Source: an uncultured Actinomycetes bacterium (GTDB lineage: Bacteria > Actinomycetota > Thermoleophilia > Gaiellales > Gaiellaceae). Taken from it: a stretch of DNA of 64,000 nucleotides. Below the pieces are notes generated by a model. That model made no database searches. It saw only the letters and a list, made by a program, of their open reading frames with translations, and had not been told where the DNA came from. This document shows, piece after piece, positions 37,917 to 46,873 of the stretch. How positions within the stretch are numbered: position 1 is the first letter of the stretch; the number at the start of each line of letters is the position of its first letter. The position numbers and the translations under genes are program-made. Where the stretch lies: NCBI GenBank assembly GCA_963797805.1, contig CAWCRC010000002.1:200496-264495 (forward strand), read 5' to 3'.

Positions 37917-39010
37917 CGGCCGATCACCGTGAACGTCACCGTCGCCGTGTACCGACCGGCGGCGACGACCGGAAGCGGCGACACGAAACCGAGTCGCGTG
38001 TCCCAGAGGTCGCCGGCCGTCGCGCTCCGCGCGGCCGTGTTGCCGACGAGGAGGTCGAGCGCCGGCGCGATCGGGATCGCCGCCATTGCACCACCGGCGA
38101 GCGACGGCCCGATCTGGCCTCCGCTCGGGGCCGTCCCTGCGACTCCGAGCGGGAGATCGGCGGGCGTGAACGCCGTGCGATGGACAGTGAGCGCGTACCC
38201 GCTCGTGTTGTTGCTGACGACCGTCACCCGCTCGGACACGGCGACCGGCGTCGAGCCGGAGGTCGCGCTGCCGAAGCTCACCGTTGGGCGCTCGAGCGCA
38301 ATCGAGATCACCGGCTGGACGTCGATGTCGACGGCGGCGCTCTGCGAGACGCCTCCGCTCGGCGGCGGAACGGTGCCGCAGGTCGTGACCGCAGCGGTCG
38401 AGTTGCGCGGCGTCGGCGCGGCCGCTGAGAAGTCGGCCGAGTTCACGTCGGTGTCAGTGCAGCCGTTGTCCGCGCGAACGGCGGCCGTCGTGTTGTCGAG
38501 GGTGGGCGCTGCGCCGCCGCCCTCGTGGTCGACCGCCGTTCCGTAGCCGACCATGTCCGCGATCGAGGTGACAGACGCGCAGCTTCCGGCGGAGGCGCCG
38601 CAGCTGAGCGGAGACGCGTCGCGAACGACCGCGACCTTGCCGCCCGAGACCGCCATGTTGGTCGTCCCCGTGACGTCCGGCGTCGGCAACGCCGCACCGA
38701 CGGCGGCTGCCGACGCGAGCTGCACGAGGTACCGCCGCCCCGGGGCGATCGACCCCGTCAGCGCGGTCGCCTGCCACGTCGCGCCGGACGCGGACGCGTA
38801 CTGGATCGTCCAGCCGCTCATGTCGACCGCCGTCGACCCGCGATTGAAGAGCTCCACGAAGTCGTTCGCGAATGGGGCGCCTGCGTTGCCGCCACCCGGG
38901 AAGACCTGGCTGAAGACGACGTCCGGGGAGGCGCTGCGAGCGGCGGGCACGGCCAGCATGCCGCCGGCCACCAGGACGATGAAGAGAACGAGGGCTACGA
39001 CTCGAGACAT
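37913..39010 (-). CDS. Secreted lamin-tail-domain protein with C-terminal WxL/pilin-like domain
   Basis: SQV.PGGGN..A.F.NDFVELFNRG...D.SGW..QYAS (LTD as in ExeM/NucH N-termini); C-terminus VTV.SN...GY.LTV...GRYTATVTFTV. Confidence 0.75.
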   Translation of the reverse strand: MSRVVALVLFIVLVAGGMLAVPAARSASPDVVFSQVFPGGGNAGAPFANDFVELFNRGSTAVDMSGWTIQYASASGATWQATALTGSIAPGRRYLVQLASAAAVGAALPTPDVTGTTNMAVSGGKVAVVRDASPLSCGASAGSCASVTSIADMVGYGTAVDHEGGGAAPTLDNTTAAVRADNGCTDTDVNSADFSAAAPTPRNSTAAVTTCGTVPPPSGGVSQSAAVDIDVQPVISIALERPTVSFGSATSGSTPVAVSERVTVVSNNTSGYALTVHRTAFTPADLPLGVAGTAPSGGQIGPSLAGGAMAAIPIAPALDLLVGNTAARSATAGDLWDTRLGFVSPLPVVAAGRYTATVTFTVIGR

Positions 39011-39163
39011 GCCGGCTCCGATCGGTGGGGAGAACAGGACTCCCTCCTGATATCGCGTTGCCAGATCAGGCAAAAGGGCCTGCGGCGAATTGGCACACAA
39101 CTGACACAGATCCGTCGCTAGGTCGGCTCGGCGACCGTCGAAGCACGTACGAACGTGTCGCGA

Positions 39164-40495
39164 TCAGCGCTCAGGTTGCATGACGCGCCCGCCGAAGCGG
39201 AACCACTCGATGCGGCCGTCGGGACCGCGGAGGAACTCTGCCTCGGTCCCCTCGCCGAGGCCTTCCGGGACGAACAGCCGGTCACGCTCGGAGAACACAA
39301 CGGGAACGGGCGGCGGGCTTGGCATCGGCGGCGAGTCCTCGGTCGGGAAGCCTCCGCGGCTCGTGATGACGAGCAGCAGTCCATCGTCCGTGGCTCTCAG
39401 CTCGGCGTCGAGCAGCGGCGACCGGTACGTGCCGAGGTACTCGGCCGGATCCATGACGACGGCGATGCGGTCCGGCTTGCGGCCGCCGAGCGCCTCGACC
39501 ACGACGTCAAGCGCCGCGGTGACCACCTCGCCCCCGTTCTGGTGGTTCGTCAGAACGGTGAGCACGGTCCGCGAGTCGGGAGCGAACGACAGGTGGGCGA
39601 CCTGCCCGTTCGTGCCACCGCCGTGATGGACGAGGGTGACGCCGGTGACGTCGTCGATCCCCCACGCAAGGCCGACCGACCCGAAGCTCGGCGCCGCCCG
39701 TAGCTGCGGACGCTGCATCTCGTCGAGCGAGGCCCGCGTGAGGATCCCTTCGCCCTCGGACAGGTGGAACCGGGCGTAGCGGAGGAGGTCGACGACCGTC
39801 GAGGCGATGCCGCCGGCGGCGTGATGCGCCCGACCGATCGCCCACGGTCGCGCGACGGTCGGCGGGCCGTCCTCGGAGCGATGGTGGCCGACGGCGAACC
39901 GGCGCGTCATGACCTGCTCGGCCGCGAAAAGGCTGTCGTCGAGCCCGAGGGGCTCGAGGAGCATGGATTGCACCACGCGCTCGTACGGCTCGCCGGTGAC
40001 GACCTCGATCACTCGACCCGCGAGATAGAAGCCCGCGTTGTTGTACGACCACACCGTTCCGAGCGGTGTGAGCTGCGGAAGCCGCGGCAGATCATCGACC
40101 ATCCGAGCGAGGGCGTCGTTCCCGGCGCCGTGATCGGCGAAGTAGTCCCCTTCCCACCCGGCCGTATGGGTCAGGAGATGGCGCATGGTGACTGCGGCCG
40201 CCACCGACTGGTCGGCGAGCACGAGCTTCGGGAGGTACCGGCGCACCGGAGCGTCGAGCTCCAGCTCGCCCCGCTCGACGAGCGCCATCGCGACGCTCCC
40301 GGTGAACGTCTTGGTGATCGACCCGATCTGGAACATCGTGTCGGGAGTGACGTCGAGCGGGTTCTCGACGGACGTCACGCCGTACGCCGATCGGTGCTCC
40401 TCACCCTCGTGGAGGAGCCCCACCGCCACGCCTGGCGTGTCGCTCTTCTCGACCGCGGCTTCGACCGCCGCGCAAACGTCGTCGAACAGCCCCAC
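39164..40495 (-). CDS. Serine hydrolase, beta-lactamase/PBP family
   Basis: SITK (SxxK), LLTH, YNN (YxN) and HGGG motifs; no signal peptide. Confidence 0.9.
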   Translation of the reverse strand: MGLFDDVCAAVEAAVEKSDTPGVAVGLLHEGEEHRSAYGVTSVENPLDVTPDTMFQIGSITKTFTGSVAMALVERGELELDAPVRRYLPKLVLADQSVAAAVTMRHLLTHTAGWEGDYFADHGAGNDALARMVDDLPRLPQLTPLGTVWSYNNAGFYLAGRVIEVVTGEPYERVVQSMLLEPLGLDDSLFAAEQVMTRRFAVGHHRSEDGPPTVARPWAIGRAHHAAGGIASTVVDLLRYARFHLSEGEGILTRASLDEMQRPQLRAAPSFGSVGLAWGIDDVTGVTLVHHGGGTNGQVAHLSFAPDSRTVLTVLTNHQNGGEVVTAALDVVVEALGGRKPDRIAVVMDPAEYLGTYRSPLLDAELRATDDGLLLVITSRGGFPTEDSPPMPSPPPVPVVFSERDRLFVPEGLGEGTEAEFLRGPDGRIEWFRFGGRVMQPER

Positions 40496-40545
40496 GGCGC
40501 GACCCTATCGCGCTCCTCCGCGTCCGGCCGCCCTAGGCTGTCGTG

Positions 40546-41794
40546 ATGCGCCGCTGGCTTCGCAGCCTGGACCCGCAGTTGCCGCGTGCGGTGCAGCTGC
40601 TCCAGCTCGGCGGCCTGGCGAATGCCTTCGGGAACGGCGCAATCCTGCCGTTCGTCCTCATCTACCTGCACAACGTGCAGGGCATCGGGCTCGGCACCGC
40701 AGGGCTCGTCCTCGCGACCAACGCGTTCGTCAGCATCGGCGCCGGGCCGGTGGCCGGAACGCTCGTCGATCGCATCGGCGGCAAGCGCGTCCTGGCCTCC
40801 GCCCTCGTCTTCCTCGCGGTGGGCTACACGGGCTACGTGCTCGTCGACAGCCCCTGGAAGGGCTTCGCCGTCGCGACCGTGACGGGGATCGGTAACGGCA
40901 TGTTCTGGCCTGCTCAGTCAACGCTGATCACGATGCTGACCGTTCGAACGCGCCGCCACGCCGCCTTCGCGATGCAGCGGGTCGTGATGAACCTCGGCAT
41001 CGGGCTCGGGGCCCTCGTGGGCGGGCTCATCGCCACGACCTCGCGGCCCGGCACGTTCGACGTCCTCTTCCTCCTCAACGGAGCGACGTTCCTCGTGTAC
41101 CTCGGCGTGCTCGCGGCCTTCGTCCCCGAGCCGAGCAGCCGTGAGTCCCGGAGCGCGACGGCAGGAGGCAGCTACCGGCCGATCATTCGCGATCGTCCGT
41201 TCATGGGAGTCGTCGCTCTCAACACGCTCTTCATCCTCGCCGGCATGGCCGGGTTCGAGCTCCTGCCGGTCTACGCGAAGAACGAGGCGGACGTGACGGA
41301 GACGATGATCGGCATCGTGTTCTTCGTGAACACCCTGGTGATCGTGCTCGCGCAACTGCCGGTCACGAAGCTCACCGAGGGCCACCGGCGGATGCGCACC
41401 CTTGCGATCCTCGGCGTTCTGTGGGCGAGCTGCTGGGTGCTCGTTCCGCTCGCCGGCGCGTGGGTCACGGGCGTGGCCGCGGCAGTGCTCCTCGCCGGGG
41501 TCATGGCGGCCTTCGGGATCGGCGAGTGCCTGCACGGCTCCGTGCAAGGCCCCCTCGTCGCCGACCTCGCCGAGCCGTCCCTGATGGGACGCTACATGGC
41601 GCTCTCCGCGCTCTCGTGGCAGGTCGGGTTCGCGCTCGGGCCGGCGATCGGGGGCTTCGCGCTGGCCGCCAGTCCCAGCGGCGTCTGGTTCGGCGGCGGC
41701 GGTGCTCTGTCTCGTCGCGTCCGCCTGGTCGCTGTCTCTCGAGCGGTCGCTGCCGACCGGGGCACGGAGCAATCCCGTGCCCGAGCCCGCGTAG
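40546..41794 (+). CDS. MFS transporter; +1 frameshift near 41692 (corrected stop at 41794)
   Basis: G.LVDRIGGKR motif A and about 12 TMs. The corrected frame restores a hydrophobic TM12 (FAAAVLCLVASAW). Confidence 0.88.
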
Positions 41795-41865
41795 GCCACC
41801 TCGCAGGCACCGCGAGTAGAATCACGAATAGATGACGTGCCCGACCGACGACCCTCTCAGTCCCC

Positions 41866-42855
41866 GTGCCGAGCCTGCCCCGCATCCGCAGGAGCATCCG
41901 GACGCGCTCCGGCGCGGACGACGTCGCGCGCCCGTCGCAGGTCTCTGAGCTCGCCGCCGGCGGGCTCACGTGGGTAAACGCAGTCGGGCCCGATCTCGAG
42001 ACCGCGCAGGCGCTCGCCGAGCGGTTCGGCTGGCATCCGCTCGACGTCGAGGACGTCGTCTCGAAGCGCCAGCGCCCGAAGGTGGACGACTACGAGGACG
42101 AGGGGTACCTCTTCGCGGTCCTCCACTTCCCCGTCTACGACAAGGCGGTCCAGCGGCTGAATGCCGCCGAGCTCGACGTCTTCATCGGCCAGGACTACCT
42201 GGTCACGCTTCCGAACCGCGAGCTCCTGCCCGTGACCCGACTGTTCGCACGCTGCGACGCGGACGAGGCGTTCCGCGAGCAGCTCCTCGTTCGCGGCTCG
42301 GGCCGGCTTCTCTACGAGGTGCTCGACGACCTGTTCGACTACTGCTTCCCGATCCTCGACAAGATCGGCCACAAGCTCGACCGGATCGAGGACGACATGT
42401 TCGGAGGAGCGGCCGAGGACGTCGTCCGCGACATCTCGAACGTCAAGCAGGAGATCATCTCGTATCGCAAGGTGATCAAGCCCGAGCGCTCGACGCTGCG
42501 CGTCCTCGAGCGCCGCATCGACCGCTTCCTCCCCGAGGACCTGGAGCTCTACTTCGACGACGTGAACGACGCCGTCGAGCGCATCTGGGACCAGCTCGAT
42601 AATTACAAGGAAGTCGTCGAAGCGCTCGAATCGACCAACGAGTCGGTCATCTCGCACCGTCAGAACAGCGTGCTGCTCCTCCTGACGGTGATCAGCGCGA
42701 CGATGCTGCCGCTCACGCTCATCACGGGCATCTTCGGGATGAACGTGGACTACCCCGGTGAGGGGACGCACGATGCCTTCTGGCTGATCCTCGTCGCGCT
42801 GGGCGCTACTCTCGGCGCAATGCTCGGCTTCTTCCGCTGGAAGCGCTGGCTCTGA
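41866..42855 (+). CDS. corA: CorA family Mg2+/Co2+ transporter
   Basis: HPL..ED, QRPK.D.Y, GIFGMN signature and two C-terminal TMs. Confidence 0.93.
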   Translation: MPSLPRIRRSIRTRSGADDVARPSQVSELAAGGLTWVNAVGPDLETAQALAERFGWHPLDVEDVVSKRQRPKVDDYEDEGYLFAVLHFPVYDKAVQRLNAAELDVFIGQDYLVTLPNRELLPVTRLFARCDADEAFREQLLVRGSGRLLYEVLDDLFDYCFPILDKIGHKLDRIEDDMFGGAAEDVVRDISNVKQEIISYRKVIKPERSTLRVLERRIDRFLPEDLELYFDDVNDAVERIWDQLDNYKEVVEALESTNESVISHRQNSVLLLLTVISATMLPLTLITGIFGMNVDYPGEGTHDAFWLILVALGATLGAMLGFFRWKRWL

Positions 42856-43006
42856 CCGTCGAGGCCGCGGCCTGGTCGGCCTCGCCGAAGGGCTAGGCAG
42901 ATCTCGTCCGGCGGGGGAAGTCCGGGGTGCCTCCCATCGCCGATTCTGGTCGCATGGCGTACGAGGGTCGAGACGGCGGAACGGCCCTCGAGAGAGGGGG
43001 AATGGC

Positions 43007-43210
43007 ATGACAGCGGCACAATTCGAGGATCTCCGGGTCGACGAGGCAGCCGAGGTGCTGGCCTGGCGCTTCGACACCCTCTGTCGGTGCGGCTTCGATC
43101 TCGATGCGGCGGCGGTCATCGCGGCGAACGTCGAGGTCGACCTCCATCTGGCGGTCGACCTCGTCGAGCGCGGCTGCCCGCCCGAGCTCGCGACACGCAT
43201 CCTCCTCTAG
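43007..43210 (+). CDS. Small hypothetical helical protein
   Basis: GAGGGGG SD; WR...L...G...DLH.A..L..RGCPPELA.RILL pattern. Confidence 0.7.
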   Translation: MTAAQFEDLRVDEAAEVLAWRFDTLCRCGFDLDAAAVIAANVEVDLHLAVDLVERGCPPELATRILL

Positions 43211-43282
43211 GTCTCTCCCCCAAGCCCGCGACGTCGGAATCTCGGCGGCGATTCCGACGTCGCGGTACCCGTTTTCCGGTCG

Positions 43283-43855
43283 CTACCAGCTCGGGTCGAT
43301 GCAGACCTTCCGGTAGCGGGGAGTGCAGAGCCACATCGAGTGGTCGAAGTACGCGCGGTAGGGGACGTTGCCGACGCGATAGTCGACGGCGATGCGGCGA
43401 GCTCCTGCGCGGCCCCGCGCCTTGAGTCGGAGGCCAAAGAGGATCTGAACGACCGCCGCCCTCGTACGAGCCGGAGCAAGCTCGTAGCCAGGAACGGCGT
43501 GTCTGACGCCGCCAGACCCCGGTGGTGGGAATCCGCGGTCGCCTCCAACCAACGGATGACGCCCATCCGGTTCGACGGCGAGGAGACCGATGAGCTCCAG
43601 CCCTGCGTCGACGCCAAGCAGTTCCACGCGCTCGATCCGGATGGACTTGCCCGTCTCGTTTCTGAGGAAGAGCGGCCCCATCGAGACGGGCTCCCCGATG
43701 TGGACGGGGACTGCGGTCGCGGAGCGACCGCAGTCTTCACACGCAAGCGGGCCACCAGTTCGCCGACCCGGGAGGCGGGGATCCCCATGGACAAGCGCCA
43801 CAGCAGCCCCGACGGCCAGAACGACGGCACAGGTGAAAAGCGCCCTTCGCGTCAT
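43283..43855 (-). CDS. Secreted/membrane-anchored hypothetical protein
   Basis: ATGA overlap with the upstream gene; N-terminal hydrophobic segment; CEDC and two C-terminal Cys. Confidence 0.65.
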   Translation of the reverse strand: MTRRALFTCAVVLAVGAAVALVHGDPRLPGRRTGGPLACEDCGRSATAVPVHIGEPVSMGPLFLRNETGKSIRIERVELLGVDAGLELIGLLAVEPDGRHPLVGGDRGFPPPGSGGVRHAVPGYELAPARTRAAVVQILFGLRLKARGRAGARRIAVDYRVGNVPYRAYFDHSMWLCTPRYRKVCIDPSW

Positions 43856-45898
43856 GCCCCCGCGAAAATCCGGGTTGCAGTCGGTGGAAACGCGTCGATC
43901 CCGCACAACACGTGGCGCGTCGACTTCGAGCCGAACCGCCAGTCGACCACGACCCACCTGGACAGCCCGCTTCGTGCGTTCACGGACAACGTCGTTCCCC
44001 CGACCGTGACCGAAGCGGCGTTCGTGAATGTCCCGTAGCGGTTCTCGTCGCGTGTGAACGTGAAGCCCTTGCCGAAGGGCGTCAAGTACTGCGCGTGATC
44101 CTCGGCACAGCGGTCATCGAGGTGCCTCAGGGCGCGCCCGAGGCGTGAGCTCCCGACCCATTTCGTCGCACGGATCTCGTACGCCTCGGACACCTTGACT
44201 GCGGCCGGTGACGCGCACCAGAGCTCGGTGCGGTACTTGGTGTAGACGAACTCCGTCTGGATCTCGTGAGCCCACCGGTCCCGGGTCGTCGAGTAGGCGA
44301 TCGTGCCGGAACTGGTCGATCCGGTCTCGTTTGCGACCCGGACCGTGCCCTTCATGACCCAGAAGCTCCCGTCGAGCGAGAACGCCTTCGCGATGTACGA
44401 GTCGGCCTTCCGGCCATAGGTGAACGTCGCGACCTCGGTGTCCGCCGGCGTGTGCAGCTCGCCGATCGTCGTCCAGGCTCGCGCGGAGGCGAGCGGGAAG
44501 CGGTACGTCACGCACGAGCCGTACGCCTGCGATCCGCTGGTCGCACCCGCGGCGGCGCCGGGAACGAGACGCATGTCGACCGTCGATCCGGTCGGGAGGA
44601 TGACGATGTCCGGCGGCGTCAGCCCGTTCTCGTCCACCCATGAGCCCCCGACCGCCGCGCGAATGACGGACTCGTGGTAGACCCAGCCGTTCACATTTGC
44701 GACGAGATCGAGGTTGATCTGACCGTCGTTCGCCGGCAGCCGCGGCCTCCAGTGCTGGGCTCGAGTCGGCCCGGAGCGTGAACGTCCCGTCCAGCGCGGT
44801 CGTCGTCGTCGCGACCAGCGTGTCCTCCGACCGGGCCGCGCCGTCCAGGTTCGGCAGGTAGAGCGCGATGCTCCCGCTGATCGGCGGCGGCTCCTCCCCG
44901 CCCTTCGGGATCACGAGCCGTCCCGTGGCGATCACCGGTCCTGACTCGACGACGTCGTCCGCGACGCCGAACGCGAACGTCGTGGGCGTACCGAGAATCG
45001 GGCCGTCGGGCGTGTTCGACTGACCGAGCGAGTACAGGTGGGCGCCGACCCCGGCGAGCGCGGCGAGCGCGCCGGCCTCCGTCGAGGACGCCCCGTAGAA
45101 CATCGTGAGCCCCACCTGCTCCCCCGGCGCGATCGTGCCGAGCGCGAAGTCGAACACGGCACCGCGATCGTCGGGCCCGATGTCCTCGAACGTGCCCCGC
45201 GCTCCGAGATCCGTCAGTGGAATGCGTGGGTCTACGTGGTTGAACCCGTTGTCGGTCGCCTCGAGCAGACGCGGGTGGCTGCCCGCAATCGTGACGAACT
45301 CGTCGAACTCGGTCGGCGGGACATCCCAGTCCATCGCGCGCCGGTAGACGACGTCGGCCTCCTCGCTGCCGATGTTCTCGACGGTGAGGTCGAGCTGGTA
45401 GAGGTCGGCCCTCGTCGAGGGGTGGTAGACGTGGCGGATCCGGAGGTTCCCGCCGAGCTGGACGGTCGAGGCGGCGGTGTCCGCAGTCACGTCGAACCCC
45501 GTCGGGACGAGCGTCGACGAGACTCCGCCGTTCGTCACCGAAGCCCAGCCGGCGACGCCGGCGACCCGGTCCATCACCCCCCATCCCTCGCACCAGCACC
45601 CGTTGCTCAGCCCCTCGGCGCCCGTCGGGAGGTGCTCGAGGCCGAGCGGCTCGCCGTCGTCGACGAGGCCGTCGAGATGCCCTTCGGGATTGATCCCGAG
45701 GCGGATCGTGCCGTTGGAGATCGATGCGAACGTCGGAATCGCGGCCGCGGCGGCCACAGCCGCGTTTCGTGGATGCCGCGCAGCCGCCGTGGAGGTCAAC
45801 GTGAGCAATGCGAGCACGGCGAGCACGATCGAGCCGGGTGTGCGCCACGGACGACGCCGAGGCGCCGGGCCTCGACGCCCGTGCGGCTGAGTGGTCAT
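43852..45898 (-). CDS. Large secreted multidomain protein; +1 frameshift near 44734
   Basis: GAGGAG SD, signal peptide, CWCEGWG, YRRAMDWDVPPT.FDEFVT, D.GAVFDF; continues in ORF 43852..44694. Confidence 0.7.
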
Positions 45899-46046
45899 GG
45901 AGCGCTCCTCGCCCGGAGCGGCGCGGCTGCGCGGGCTCCGCATCACGCGACGGGGCGACCGAGGGCGATGCATTCATTGCAGGACCGGCGTTCGCTGTCA
46001 ATTGTCCACACCGGTCACGTCCGAGGCGGACATGACGGCGCGGGCG

Positions 46047-46847
46047 CTACTCCACGCGAAGGCCCTCGATGCCCTCCTCGGGCTCCGGGAGCTGCGGGTC
46101 GAGCCCCTCGAGGGTTGCGCAGAGCAGCTGGGCGACGGCCAGTGCCTTGACCCAGTTCCGATCGGCCGGCACGACGTGCCAGGGCGACCAGTCCGTGGAG
46201 GTCTCCGTCAGGGCGTCGTCCCAGGCCGAGACCCACTCGTCGTAGCGCTCGTAGACGTCGAGGTCGTCGTGCCGGAACTTCCACCGCTTCTCGGGGTCGT
46301 CGATCCGCTCCTGCAGCCGCGCGCGCTGCATCTCGCGCGACACGTTGAGGAACACCTTGAGGACAGCCGTTCCCTCGTCGACGAGGGTCCGCTCGAAGGC
46401 GCGGATGTGCTCGTAGCGGCGACGCCAGACCGCTTCCGGCGCAAGCTCGCGCATGCGCACGGCGACGACGTCCTCGTAGTGCGAGCGGTTGAAGACGCCG
46501 ACCTTTCCGCGCGGGGGGAGCTTCGCGTGGACGCGCCACAGGTAGTCGTGCTCGACCTCCGGCCCGGCCGGGACGCGGAACGAGGTGATCTCGACCCCGA
46601 TCAGGTTGACGCCGGCGAAGACACGACGGATGACGCCGTCCTTCCCCGACGCGTCGAGACCCTGCAGGACGAGGAGGACGCTGCGCGTGCCCTCGGCGTG
46701 GAGCCGGTACTGCAGCGCGTCGATCCGCTCGCGGAACGCCGCGAGGCGCTCCTCCCCGTCGTGCTTCTCGACGCCGAGCCTGTCGTCGGTGTCGCGCTCC
46801 GCCAGCCCCGCGGGCGCACCCGGTTCGACGCGAAGCTCGGCGAGCAC
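46047..46847 (-). CDS. ppk2: Polyphosphate kinase 2 (class III-like)
   Basis: QGLDASGKDG, HDYLWR, FNRSHYE, K.WKF and PW.VVPAD motifs. Confidence 0.92.
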   Translation of the reverse strand: MLAELRVEPGAPAGLAERDTDDRLGVEKHDGEERLAAFRERIDALQYRLHAEGTRSVLLVLQGLDASGKDGVIRRVFAGVNLIGVEITSFRVPAGPEVEHDYLWRVHAKLPPRGKVGVFNRSHYEDVVAVRMRELAPEAVWRRRYEHIRAFERTLVDEGTAVLKVFLNVSREMQRARLQERIDDPEKRWKFRHDDLDVYERYDEWVSAWDDALTETSTDWSPWHVVPADRNWVKALAVAQLLCATLEGLDPQLPEPEEGIEGLRVE

Positions 46848-46873
46848 GGGCTCGACTCTAGACTCGGGCGCAC

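Noticed and set aside
39164-40495. Beta-lactam resistance gene
   Set aside because: No signal peptide. The motifs fit the broad cytoplasmic esterase/peptidase branch, so resistance cannot be inferred.
42910-42940. GGGGAAGTCCGG resembling RNase P or cobalamin riboswitch motifs
   Set aside because: The other conserved elements are absent, and the gap is too short for RNase P RNA.
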